Assembly: GCA_038087875.1 (NCBI GenBank)
Contig: CM075994.1
Location: 10,418,001 to 10,482,000, forward strand
Length of the DNA stretch: 64,000 nucleotides
Source of the DNA: Malacoraja senta
Lineage: Eukaryota
Direction of reading: 5' to 3'
Of the stretch, positions 1 to 12,286 are shown piece after piece (positions within the stretch are counted from its first letter, which is position 1; each line of letters opens with the position of its first letter). Under the pieces are notes generated by a model, which was not told where the DNA came from, ran no database searches, and saw only the letters and a program-made list of their open reading frames with translations. Position numbers and translations under genes: made by a program.

Positions 1-159
1 TTCTTCAGTTGTATAGGGCTCTGGTAAGACCACATCTGGAGTATTGCGTACAGTTTTGGTCCCCTAATTTGAGGAAGGACATCCTTGTGATTGAGGCAGT
101 GCAGCGTAGGTACACAAGATTGATCCCTGGGATGGCGGGACTGTCATATGAGGAAAGAT

Positions 160-3100
160 GATCAGAGCTCCCGTGGATTTGGAAGCATTTGGAAAAAATT
201 AGGCAATTTATCAATCAATATAAGCATTTGGCTCTGAGGGAGCGGCAGTGAGGGAGCGGCCTTGTGAGAAAAGTGCAAGTCTTTGGCTCGAGAGTCTTCG
301 GCGAGGAGGCTGAGGAGAAGAGGCTACGCAAAACGCTGGAGAGGGAGAGACGAAAGAAGGTGATGTCAAGCAAGCTGATTCAGTGTGATGCTTGCAGTAT
401 GTGGGAGGACAAGGACACTGCTGGTGCCTCTGGCTGCTACAAATGTGAGAAGTGCATCCAGGTACAGCTCCTGAAGGACCATGTAGGGGAACTGGAGAAG
501 CAAGTGGATGACCTCAGGTTCGTCCGAGAAACTGAGTCGTTCCTCGACAAGTCCTACAGTAAGATTGTTACACCTAAGGTACTGGAAGAGAGAAAGTGGG
601 TGACGGTGAGAAATGGAGGGAAACATGGAATGCAAAGGTCCCCGGGTGTTGTACCTCTTGTGAACAGGTTCGCCCACTTAGAAGCTGTCGGGACAGAAGA
701 AGTTATCACACTGAACGGCGGACTGGCTTGCGAAGCAAAAAGGGCTGTTGAGCCAAAACCAAAGAGGTCAATGTCAGACAACGCCATTGTAGTTGGAGAC
801 TCCATTGTGAGAGGTACAGACAGGGATTTCTGCGGCAACTGACGGGATTCTAGGATGGTGTGCTGCCTTCCTGGTGCCAGGATCCAGGATGTCACGGACA
901 GAGTGCAGAAAATCCTCAAGGGCGAAGGTGAACAGCCGGAAGTGGTAGTGCATGTCGGCACAAACGATGTCGGAAAGAGGGGGATGATTATTCTGCAGCG
1001 TGCCTTTAGAGAGCTCGGAAAAATGCTGAAAAGCAGGACTTCCAGGGTTGTTATCTCCGGTTTGCTTCCAGTTCCTCGTGCTGGCGAGAGCAGGAACAGG
1101 GAGATACGGGACCTGAATGTGTGGCTGAGGAACTGGTGCAAGGGGCAGGGATTTAGATTCTTAGATCACTGGGATCTGTTTTGGAGTAAGGGGGAACTGT
1201 ACAAAAGGGACGGATTGCATCTTAACAGGTGGGGGACCAGCATTCTGGCAGGTAGGTTTGCCACTGCTACACGGGTGGTTTTAAACTGAATAAGGGGGGT
1301 GGGGTGTCAAATGGAAGTCGAGAATGGAGTTAAAGGGAAAGAGAGTAAAGGGAGGGTTACTAACCCAGAATTAACAGGAAAGGAAGCTCACAAAGGGATA
1401 GGAGAGTATGGCCAAGTGTAATAGGGATCGATGTGAAAGGTGAGATGCGTAAGGAATTAAAAGTATTGTATATGAATGCGCGAAGTATAAGAAGTAAAGT
1501 AGATGAGTTTGAGACTCAGTTACAGGTTGGTAGATATTACATTGTGGGGATTACTGAGACGTGGCTGCAGGAGAATCGGGCCTGGGAACTTTAATATTCA
1601 GGGTTATACATCCTATAGAAAGGACAGACAGGTGGGCAGAGGAGGGGGGGTAGCTTTGCTGGTGAGGGATGGAATTCAGTCCCTTGCGATGGAAGAAATA
1701 GGGACTGACGAGGTAGAGTCACTGTGGATTGAGTTGAGGAATTGTAAAGGCAAGAAGACACTAATTGGAGTTATTTACAGACCCCCAAATAGTAGCCCGG
1801 ATGTAGGTGTAAGTTGCAGCAGGAGTTAAAACTGGCATGTAACAAAGGTAATGCCACTGTGGTGATGGGGATTTCAATATGCAGGTAGACTGGGAAAATC
1901 AGGTTGGTTCAGGACCCCAAGAAAGAGAGTTTGTAGAATGCCTCCGAGATGGATTCTTAGAGCAGCTTGTAATGGAGCCGACCAGAGAAAAGGCAATTCT
2001 GGATTTAGTGTTGTCCAATGAACCAGATATGATAAGGGAACTCGAGGTAAAGGAACCGCTTCGAGGTAGTGATCATAATATGATTAGTTTTAATCTGCAA
2101 TTTGAGAAGGAGAAGGTTAAATCGGAAGTGGCAGTGATGCAGTTGGGTAGAGGAACTGAAAGAAATTTTCATTAGGCGAGAAATAGTATTGGGTAGGCTA
2201 ATGGGACTGAAGGATGATAAATCCCCTGGCCCAGATGGTCTGAATCCCAGGGTCCTCGGGGAGGTGGCTCTAGAAATAGTGGACGTTGGTGATCATTTTC
2301 CAATGTTCAATAGATTCAGGATCAGTTCCTGTGGATTGGAGGATAGCTAATGTTATCCCACTTTTCAAGAAAGGAGCGAGAGAGAAAACAGGGAATTACA
2401 GACCAGTTAGCCTGACTTCGGTGGTGGGAAAGATGCTGGAGTCAATTATTAAAGAAGTAATAATGGAGCATTTGGATAGCGGTAAAAGGATTAGTCCATG
2501 TCATCATGGATTTATGAAAGGGAAATTATGCTTGACTAATCTTCTGGAATTTATTGAGGATGTGACATGTAAAATGGATGAAGGGGTGCCAGGGGATGTA
2601 GTGTATCTAGACTTTCAGAAAGCCTTTGATAAGGTCCCGCATGGAGACTGGTGACTAAAATTAGAGCACATGGTATTGGGGGTAGGGTGTTGACATGGAT
2701 AGAAAATTGGTTGGCAGACCGGAAGCAAAGAGTAGGAGTGAACGGGTCCTTTTCAGAATGGCAGGCAGTGGCGAGTGGAGTGCCGCAAGGCTCGGTGTTG
2801 GGGCCGCAACTGTTTACCATATATATTAATGATTTTGAAGAGGAAATTAGGAGCAACACTAGCAAGTTTGCGGATGAGACAAAGCTGGATGGCAGTGTGA
2901 ACTGTTAGGAGGTTGCAGGGTGACCTGGACAGGTTGAGTGAGTGGGCAGATATGTGGCAGATGCAGTATAATATAGATAAATGTGAGGTTATCCACTTTG
3001 GTGGTAAAAACAAGGAGGCAGATTATTATCCCAATGGAGTTAGGTTAGGTAAGGGGAAGGTACAGCGAGACCTGGGTGTTCTTGTACACCGGTCACTGAA

Positions 3101-3266
3101 AGTTGGTGTGCAGGAACAGCAGGCAGTGAAGAAAGCTAATGGAATGTTGGTCCTCAAAAGAAGAGGATTTCAGTAAAGGAGTAGAGAGGTTCATCTTCAG
3201 TTGTATAGGGCTCTGGTAAGACCACATCTGGAGTATTGCGTACAGTTTTGGTCCCCTAATTTGAGG
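160..3266 (+). mobile_element. CR1 LINE unit 1: 5'UTR, ORF1, disrupted ORF2 (APE endonuclease + RT), internally deleted and 3'-truncated
   Basis: ORF2 motifs [72 protein letters not shown]. The RT catalytic motif reads FADE instead of FADD. Several frameshifts; abrupt EN-to-RT join near 2147. Confidence 0.93.
363..1289 (+). pseudogene. CR1 ORF1 (CxxC..CxxC zinc finger/coiled coil + SGNH esterase) with in-frame TGA at 840-842
   Basis: CDAC..CEKC, heptad [20 protein letters not shown] blocks GDSIVRG, PGARI, VHVGTND, DGLHLN. The same stop is present in the other two copies (3702-3704, 6897-6899). Confidence 0.9.
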
Positions 3267-6216
3267 GAGGACAAGGACACTGCTGGTGCCTCTGGCTGCT
3301 ACAAATGTGAGAAGTGCATCCAGGTACAGCTCCTGAAGGACCATGTAGGGGAACTGGAGAAGCAAGTGGATGACCTCAGGTTCGTCCGAGAAACTGAGTC
3401 GTTCCTCGACAAGTCCTACAGTAAGATTGTTACACCTAAGGTACTGGAAGAGAGAAAGTGGGTGACGGTGATAAATGGAGGGAAACATGGAATGCAAAGG
3501 TCCCCGGGTGTTGTACCTCTTGTGAACAGGTTCGCCCACTTAGAAGCTGTCGGGACAGAAGAAGTTATCACACTGAACGGCGGACTGGCTTGCGAAGCAA
3601 AAAGGGCTGTTGAGCCAAAACCAAAGAGGTCAATGTCAGACAACGCCATTGTAGTTGGAGACTCCATTGTGAGAGGTACAGACAGGGATTTCTGCGGCAA
3701 CTGACGGGATTCGAGGATGGTGTGCTGCCTTCCTGGTGCCAGGATCCAGGATGTCACGGACAGAGTGCAGAAAATCCTCAAGGGCGAAGGTGAACAGCCG
3801 GAAGTGGTAATGCATGTCGGCACAAACGATGTCGGAAAGAGGGGGATGATTATTCTGCAGCGTGCCTTTAGAGAGCTCGGAAAAATGCTGAAAAGCAGGA
3901 CTTCCAGGGTTGTTATCTCCGGTTTGCTTCCAGTTCCTCGTGCTGGCGAGAGCAGGAACAGGGAGATACGGGACCTGAATGTGTGGCTGAGGAACTGGTG
4001 CAAGGGGCAGGGATTTAGATTCTTAGATCACTGGGATCTGTTTTGGAGTAAGGGGGAACTGTACAAAAGGGACGGATTGCATCTTAACAGGTGGGGGAGC
4101 AGCATTCTGGCAGGTAGGTTTGCCACTGCTACACGGGTGGTTTTAAACTGAATAAGGGGGGTGGGGTGTCAAATGGAATAGTCGAGAATGGAGTTAAAGG
4201 GAAAGAGAGTAAAGGGAGGGTTACTAACCCCAGAATTAACAGGAAAGGAAGCTCACAAAGGGATAGGAGAGTATGGCCAAGTGTAATAGGGATCGATGTG
4301 AAAGGTGAGATGCGTAAGGAATTAAAAGTATTGTATATGAATGCGCGAAGTATAAGAAGTAAAGTAGATGAGTTTGAGACTCAGTTACAGGTTGGTAGAT
4401 ATTACATTGTGGGGATTACTGAGACGTGGCTGCAGGAGAATCGGGCCTGGGAACTTTAATATTCAGGGTTATACATCCTATAGAAAGGACAGACAGGTGG
4501 GCAGAGGAGGGGGGGTAGCTTTGCTGGTGAGGGATGGAATTCAGTCCCTTGCGATGGAAGAAATAGGGACTGACGAGGTAGAGTCACTGTGGATTGAGTT
4601 GAGGAATTGTAAAGGCAAGAAGACACTAATTGGAGTTATTTACAGACCCCCAAATAGTAGCCCGGATGTAGGTGTAAGTTGCAGCAGGAGTTAAAACTGG
4701 CATGTAACAAAGGTAATGCCACTGTGGTGATGGGGATTTCAATATGCAGGTAGACTGGGAAAATCAGGTTGGTTCAGGACCCCAAGAAAGAGAGTTTGTA
4801 GAATGCCTCCGAGATGGATTCTTAGAGCAGCTTGTAATGGAGCCGACCAGAGAAAAGGCAATTCTGGATTTAGTGTTGTCCAATGAACCAGATATGATAA
4901 GGGAACTCGAGGTAAAGGAACCGCTTCGAGGTAGTGATCATAATATGATTAGTTTTAATCTGCAATTTGAGAAGGAGAAGGTTAAATCGGAAGTGGCAGT
5001 GATGCAGTTGGGTAGAGGAACTGAAAGAAATTTTCATTAGGCGAGAAATAGTATTGGGTAGGCTAATGGGACTGAAGGATGATAAATCCCCTGGCCCAGA
5101 TGGTCTGAATCCCAGGGTCCTCGGGGAGGTGGCTCTAGAAATAGTGGACGTTGGTGATCATTTTCCAATGTTCAATAGATTCAGGATCAGTTCCTGTGGA
5201 TTGGAGGATAGCTAATGTTATCCCACTTTTCAAGAAAGGAGCGAGAGAGAAAACAGGGAATTACAGACCAGTTAGCCTGACTTCGGTGGTGGGAAAGATG
5301 CTGGAGTCAATTATTAAAGAAGTAATAATGGGGCATTTGGATAGCGGTAAAAGGATTAGTCCATGTCATCATGGATTTATGAAAGGGAAATTATGCTTGA
5401 CTAATCTTCTGGAATTTATTGAGGATGTGACATGTAAAATGGATGAAGGGGTGCCAGGGGATGTAGTGTATCTAGACTTTCAGAAAGCCTTTGATAAGGT
5501 CCCGCATGGAGACTGGTGACTAAAATTAGAGCACATGGTATTGGGGGTAAGGTGTTGACATGGATAGAAAATTGGTTGGCAGACCGGAAGCAAAGACTAG
5601 GAGTGAACGGGTCCTTTTCAGAATGGCAGGCAGTGGCGAGTGGAGTGCCGCAAGGCTCGGTGTTGGGGCCGCAACTGTTTACCATATATATTAATGATTT
5701 TGAAGAGGAAATTAGGAGCAACACTAGCAAGTTTGCGGATGAGACAAAGCTGGATGGCAGTGTGAACTGTTAGGAGGTTGCAGGGTGACCTGGACAGGTT
5801 GAGTGAGTGGGCAGATATGTGGCAGATGCAGTATAATATAGATAAATGTGAGGTTATCCACTTTGGTGGTAAAAACAAGGGGGCAGATTATTATCCCAAT
5901 GGAGTTAGGTTAGGTAAGGGGAAGGTACAGCGAGACCTGGGTGTTCTTGTACACCGGTCACTGAAAGTTGGTGTGCAGGAACAGCAGGCAGTGAAGAAAG
6001 CTAATGGAATGTTGGCCCTCAAAAGAAGAGGATTTCAGTAAAGGAGTAGAGAGGTTCTTCTTCAGTTGTATAGGGCTCTGGTAAGACCACATCTGGAGTA
6101 TTGCGTACAGTTTTGGTCCCCTAATTTGAGGAAGGACATCCTTGTGATTGAGGCAGTGCAGCGTAGGTACACAAGATTGATCCCTGGGATGGCGGGACTG
6201 TCATATGAGGAAAGAT
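3267..6216 (+). mobile_element. CR1 LINE unit 2 (lacks 5'UTR and ORF1 start through a 330-bp deletion)
   Basis: Near-identical to unit 1; hybrid junction TGAGGGAGGACA at 3262-3273. Confidence 0.93.
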
Positions 6217-7502
6217 GCTCAGAGCTCCCGTGGATTTGGAAGCATTTGGAAAAAATGAGGCAATTTATCAATCAATATAAGCATTTGGCTCTGAGGGAGC
6301 GGCAGTGAGGGAGCGGCCTTGTGAGAAAAGTGCAAGTCTTTGGCTCGAGAGTCTTCGGCGAGGAGGCTGAGCAGAAGAGGCTATGCAAAACGCTAGAGAG
6401 GGAGAGACGAAAGAAGGTGATGTCAAGCAAGCTGATTCAGTGTGATGCTTGCAGTATGTGCGAGGACAAGGACACTGCTGGTGCCTCTGGCTGCTACAAA
6501 TGTGAGAAGTGCATCCAGGTACAGCTCCTGAAGGACCATGTAGGGGAACTGGAGAAGCAAGTGGATGACCTCAGGTTCGTCCGAGAAACTGAGTCGTTCC
6601 TCGACAAGTCCTACAGTAAGATTGTTACACCTAAGGTACTGGAAGAGAGAAAGTGGGTGACGGTGAGAAATGGAGGGAAACATGGAATGCAAAGGTCCCC
6701 GGGTGTTGTACCTCTTGTGAACAGGTTCACCCACTTAGAAGCTGTCGGGACAGAAGAAGTTATCACACTGAACGGCGGACTGGCTTCCGAAGCAAAAAGG
6801 GCTGTTGAGCCAAAACCAAAGAGGTCAATGTCAGACAACGCCATTGTAGTTGGAGACTCCATTGTGAGAGGTACAGACAGGGATTTCTGCGGCAACTGAC
6901 GGGATTCGAGGATGGTGTGCTGCCTTCCTGGTGCCAGGATCCAGGATGTCACGGACAGAGTGCAGAAAATCCTCAAGGGCGAAGGTGAACAGCCGGAAGT
7001 GGTAGTGCATGTCGGCACAAACGATGTCGGAAAGAGGGGGATGATTATTCTGCAGCGTGCCTTTAGAGAGCTCGGAAAAATGCTGAAAAGCAGGACTTCC
7101 AGGGTTGTTATCTCCGGTTTGCTTCCAGTTCCTCGTGCTGGCGAGAGCAGGAACAGGGAGATACGGGACCTGAATGTGTGGCAGAGGAACTGGTGCAAGG
7201 GGCAGGGATTTAGATTCTTAGATCACTGGGATCTGTTTTGGAGTAAGGGGGAACTGTACAAAAGGGACGGATTGCATCTTAACAGGTGGGGGACCAGCAT
7301 TCTGGCAGGTAGGTTTGCCACTGCTACACGGGTGGTTTTAAACTGAATAAGGGGGGTGGGGTGTCAAATGGAATAGTCGAGGATGGAGTTAAAGGGAAAG
7401 AGAGTAAAGGGAGGGTTAATAACCCCAGAATTAACAGGAAAGGAAGCTCACAAAGGGATAGGAGAGTATGGCCAAGTGTAATAGGGATCGATGTGAAAGG
7501 TG
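6217..7502 (+). mobile_element. CR1 LINE unit 3 (5' part, cut by gap)
   Basis: Near-identical to 160-1442 (offset 6057). Confidence 0.93.
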
Positions 7503-7702
7503 NNNNNNNNNNNNNNNNNNNNNNNNNNNNNNNNNNNNNNNNNNNNNNNNNNNNNNNNNNNNNNNNNNNNNNNNNNNNNNNNNNNNNNNNNNNNNNNNNN
7601 NNNNNNNNNNNNNNNNNNNNNNNNNNNNNNNNNNNNNNNNNNNNNNNNNNNNNNNNNNNNNNNNNNNNNNNNNNNNNNNNNNNNNNNNNNNNNNNNNNNN
7701 NN
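7503..7702. other. Assembly gap (200 N)
   Basis: Run of N. Confidence 1.
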
Positions 7703-7778
7703 ATTCCCTCCAGCTGTATTGCTCTGTCTGGGACATTACCGTGGAGCCATGATTCCGTGAAAACAAACACACAGCAAA
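7703..7778 (-). mobile_element. 5' end of a further copy of the Rex1/Babar LINE insertion (cut by gap)
   Basis: Identical to 18577-18652, including the host junction. Confidence 0.9.
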
Positions 7779-9604
7779 CCCACTGTCGTGTCCCTCTCCC
7801 CTCATCTGACACCTTCTAATCTCATTTGCATCCCTGGGCTTTGTCACTTACTCTTGTGCAGCTGTCAATCACCACCTCCCCCCATCCCTTCCCTGCAACC
7901 ACCTATCACTTAAGATACACAAAGAGCTGGTGACACTCGGCGGGTCAGGCAGCATCTCTGGAGAAAATGATGGGCGACGTTTCGGGTCGGGACCCATCTT
8001 CAAACAGGGGTGACATTTTGGGTGTAGACCCTCCCTCAGACTGACACCCCGAGTTACTCCAGTATTTTTGTCTCTATCTTCAGAATATACCAGCATCTGC
8101 AGTTCCTTTCAACACCACCGGCTCGAAGGGCTGAATGGCCTACTCCTGTACCTATTGTCTACTATCACTTGCCTTGCTTCACCTGCATACGAGTGGGATA
8201 ATCTATCGCAGCCAATCCATAGAAGCCACGTCCATGGGATTATGGAGGGAATCCCACGCAGTTGCAAGGTGAATTACAGACTCCACCCGAGGTTACAAGT
8301 TAATCCAGATCACTGGAACCTTCGTCAAAGACAAGCTCTCATTTCACTTCCACAATCAGGAAGAAGGTGCAACAATCTGAAAACCACCACCAGCAGGTTA
8401 AAGAACAGCTTCTTCCCAAATAAACATCAGGTTCATAAGGTCAGTAGGAACAGGAGTTGAATTAGGCCATTCGGGCCATCAAGTCTACTCCGCCATTCAG
8501 TCATGGCTGATCTATCTCTCCCTCCTAACCCCTCTCTGCTGCCTTCTCCCCTTAACCTCTGACACCCGTAGTAATCAAGAATCTTTCATCTTTCCTCATA
8601 TGACAGTCCCGCCATCCCAGGGATCAATCTCGTGAACCTACGCTGCACTGCCTCAATCACAAGGATGTCCTTTCTCAAATTAGGGCGGCAGGTACTATCC
8701 CAGCGTTTAAGAAACAGTTAGTTATGTACATGGATAGGATAGGTTTGGAGGGATATGGACCAAATGCAGGCAGGTGGGACTAGTGTAGCTGGGAAATGTT
8801 GGCCGGTGTGGGCAAGTTGGTCCAAAGGGCCTGTTTCCACGCTCTATGACTATCTCAACTATCAGTTAATTCCAGAGCAGAGTGCAGCTCCTCTTATTCT
8901 GCCCGACTTGCTTGCAACCCAACAGTATGATCAGTGAAGATAGACACAAAATGCTGGGTTAACTCAGCGGGTCAGGCTGCATCTCTGACTCTGGAGACCA
9001 GCATCTGCACGCCTGTTTCCCTGCTGTATCTTTAAACTAAAACTCAAAAAATAACTAAACTATGAACGGTCTATGGTTGAACAAAGAACTTTGGACATTT
9101 CTGCACAAGTATTTTTTTTCTTTTCATGGTTGTTATTCATTGTTTTTTTTTAATTATGTTATCTATGAGTATTGTGCTTACAGGCCTGTTATGCTGCTGT
9201 TGGTAAGAATGTCATCTTGACTCTTGTGACCAGACATTTGACATGACTATTGATCCACCATGCCATATATAGGTAGTTCGGCTAAAACGCAATAGTTGTG
9301 TTCTTAAGAAGCCTCAAGCTATAGGAAAAATGCTTTATAAAAACAATCATGTCAATGGGGATTAAGGAGTTAGGGGAGAGGGAGTTTTGGGTTTGAATAA
9401 CAAAGTTTTCCTCTACCTTCAGTATTTTTGACAAAAGGTAGTTTAATAGCTGCAAGATTTTTGTCTCTAATTATGGTAAGCTCTGCCTTAACCCAATTTT
9501 AGTGCCTCCTCCCCAAGGTCCAGACTTATCCTTATTCATAAACATCTTAAAATTTAGGCAATTGTGATCACTGGGTCTAAAACACTCTGACACTGAAACA
9601 CTAG

Positions 9605-10095
9605 TTCACCTGCACCTCCTCCAACCTCACCTATTGCATCTGCTGCTCTAGGTGTCAACTGCTCTACATCGGTGAGACCAAGTGCAGGGTTGGCAATCGC
9701 TTCGCCCAACAGCTCCGCTCGGTTCGCATTAACCAACCTGATCTCCCGGTGGCTCAGCACTTCAACTGTCCCTCCCATTCCGAATCCGACCTTTTCGGTC
9801 CTGGGCCTCCTCCATGGCCAGAGTGAGTCCTACTGCAAATTAGAAGAGCAGCACCTCATATTTCGCTTGGGTAGTTTACACCCCAGCGGTATCAACATTG
9901 ACTTTCCCAATTTGAGGTAGTCCTTGCTTTATCCCTCCTTCCCCTCCCTTTCCCAGCTCTCCTACAGCCTCTTCCTTTTTTCTTCCCGCCCCCACCCCAT
10001 CACCTATTCCTTCACTCCATAGATGCTGCCTCACCCGCTGAGTTTCTCCAGCATTTTTGTCTACCTTCAATTTTTCTAGCATCTGCAGTTCTTTC
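9605..10095 (+). mobile_element. Penelope-like element 3' fragment (GIY-YIG endonuclease)
   Basis: Translates FTCTSSNLTYCICCSRCQLLYIGETK..PVAQHFN. Flanked by a ctgaaacacYagt duplication; absent at the homologous site in empty modules (e.g. 32260). Confidence 0.85.
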
Positions 10096-10533
10096 TGAAA
10101 CACCAGTCATTTGGCCAGGCCCACTTCCCTGTGCAAGGCTCAGTATGGTCCCTCCTAGAATTAGATTATCCCCATACTGACTTTACTAAACAAATGTTGC
10201 CCCATCAAGCCCTTTTGCACCAAGTCCCAGTCAATAAGTTAAAGTAGCCAACGACAATAACCATGAGATCAGATCATGGTCCCCAAGAACTGGTTGTTTC
10301 AACAAAATCTGGGTCAAAAGGTTGAAATGGTCTTGGTTCAAAGTAGTCATCACAATGGGCCGGGCATACCTGTGCAGATAGGCAGAATATTCAGCTTATG
10401 AGAGCTGACATTGGTTTGCCTTAGAATTGTATCAAAGAGTTTTCATACCATTATTCCACACAGAAATAACAAACTCTAACCCTAATGTTAATAGCCTGAG
10501 ACTTCAAATTGGCTGCTGGGAGGAGAATAGAGA

Positions 10534-11507
10534 CAATACACAATAGGTGCAGGAGTAGGCCATTCGGCCCTTCGAGGCAGCACCGCCATTCAATGTGATC
10601 ATGGCCGATCATCCCCAATCAGTACCCCGTTCCTACCTTCTCCCCATATCCCCTGACTCCACTATTTTTAAAGTATCTAGCTCTCTCTTGAAAGCAACCA
10701 GAGAACCTGCCTCCACCGCCCTCTGAGGCAGAGAATTCCACAGACTCACCACTGAAAAAAAGTGTTTCCTCGTCTCCGTTCTAAATGGCTTACTCCTTAT
10801 TCTGGAACTGTGGCCCCTGGTTCTGGACTCCCCCACCATTTGGAACATGTTTCCTGCCTCTAGCGTGTCCAAGCCCTTAACAATCTTATATGTTTTAATG
10901 AGATCCCCTCTCATCCTTCTAAACTCCAGAGTGTACAAGCCCAGCTGCTCCATTCTCTCAGCATATGACAGTCCCACCATCCCGGGAATTAACCTTGTAA
11001 ACCTACACTGCACTCCCTCAATAGCAAGAATGTCCTTCCTCAAATTAGGGGACCAAAATTGCACACAATACTCCAGGTGTTGTCTCTCTAGGGCCCTGTA
11101 CAACTGCAGAAGGACCTCTTTACTCCTATATTCGATTTCTCTTGTTATAAAGGCCAACATGCCATTCACTTTCTTCATTGCCTGCTGTACCTGCATGCTA
11201 ACTTTCATAGACTGATGTACAAGGACCCCCAGATCCCGTTGTACTTCCCCTTTTCCCAACTTGACGCCATTTAGATAGTAATCTGCCTTCCAGTTTTTGC
11301 TACCAAAGTGGATAACCTCACATTTATCCGCATTAAACTTCATCTGCCATGCATCTGCCCAACCCCCCCAACCTGTCCAAGTCACCCTGCATTCTCATAG
11401 CATCCTCCTCGCCGTTCACACTGCCACCCAGCTTTGTGTCATCTGCAAATGTGCTAATGTTACTTTGAATCCCTTCATCCAAGTCATTGATGTATATTGT
11501 AAATAGC
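10534..11507 (-). mobile_element. CR1 LINE 3' fragment (RT C-terminus + 3'UTR)
   Basis: ORF 10633-11385: [42 protein letters not shown]. Confidence 0.9.
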
Positions 11508-11984
11508 ATGGGGGTGGGGCAAGTCCCAAGAGTAGAAACAACACGTAAAAGGAAGTTAAGTGCCGAAGTATCTCAGCAAGTCATGTGACCGCTCTAGAGA
11601 ACATGGATAGGTGATGTTTCAGCTCACGTCTATGACTATCCATGTGCATCAGTGATGCTGCAACTCACTAAGTTACGTTAGCACATATGCATATGACGTG
11701 TCTAAAGAGTGGTCCCAACCCAAAATGACACAGAACTATGTTCTCCAGACATTCTGCCCAACCCATTAGGTTACCAAACCTCTGCATCTCTCACGGATTA
11801 GAAAATGCATATAAAGAGTCGAGATGATTCCGTAACCAAAATGTCACCTAACCGGGTTCTGCAGAGATGCTGCCCAACCCATTGAGTTACTCCAGCATTT
11901 CGTGTATCTTTGATTGTAAACCACCATCTACAGTTCCTGGTGTCTAGTAGAAACACCACTACAGGGTTAAACTTCAAGAGGCTG

Positions 11985-11990
11985 TTTATT
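11985..11990 (-). terminator. AATAAA polyadenylation signal of hsp70 copy 1
   Basis: ~300 bp past the stop; conserved in all four copies (22860-22865, 42768-42773, 55375-55380). Confidence 0.6.
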
Positions 11991-12286
11991 GGTAAAAAGC
12001 CACCTTAGAAAACATGATATTTGAACAAAGCTATACCAAGTAAAACCACCAAGTAGAACAATTAAAAATAATTTACTGAAGGCAACATATACAACAGTAA
12101 TCCAAGTAGATACCAAAAGCCCGGATGGGTTAACACCACCCCCCCCCCACCTCTCCCAAAAAATGTACAAATTGCAAACAATTACAAAAGAATAAGAAAC
12201 GAGTTCAGGAAAGTCCTCCGGAAACTAGGAGGTCAGTGCCATTAGTTTAAGGTCAATACATTCTGATGATGTTTGTTGGCTTTGTT

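Larger units (their letters stand above)
1..7502 (+). repeat. Head-to-tail tandem array of a CR1 LINE-derived unit (~3.19 kb; one unit shortened to ~2.87 kb)
   Basis: Position 1 recurs at 3193 and 6058. The ORF-track proteins recur almost identically (264/6321; 855/3717/6912; 1503/4368; 2286/5151). The array runs off the window start and into the gap. Confidence 0.95.

Noticed and set aside
855..1289. SGNH esterase ORF as a domesticated host gene
   Set aside because: It is the distal half of CR1 ORF1, downstream of a shared stop, and lacks the GDS nucleophile block.
7324..7847. ORFs spanning N runs (also 48394-48725)
   Set aside because: Artefacts of translating through assembly gaps.
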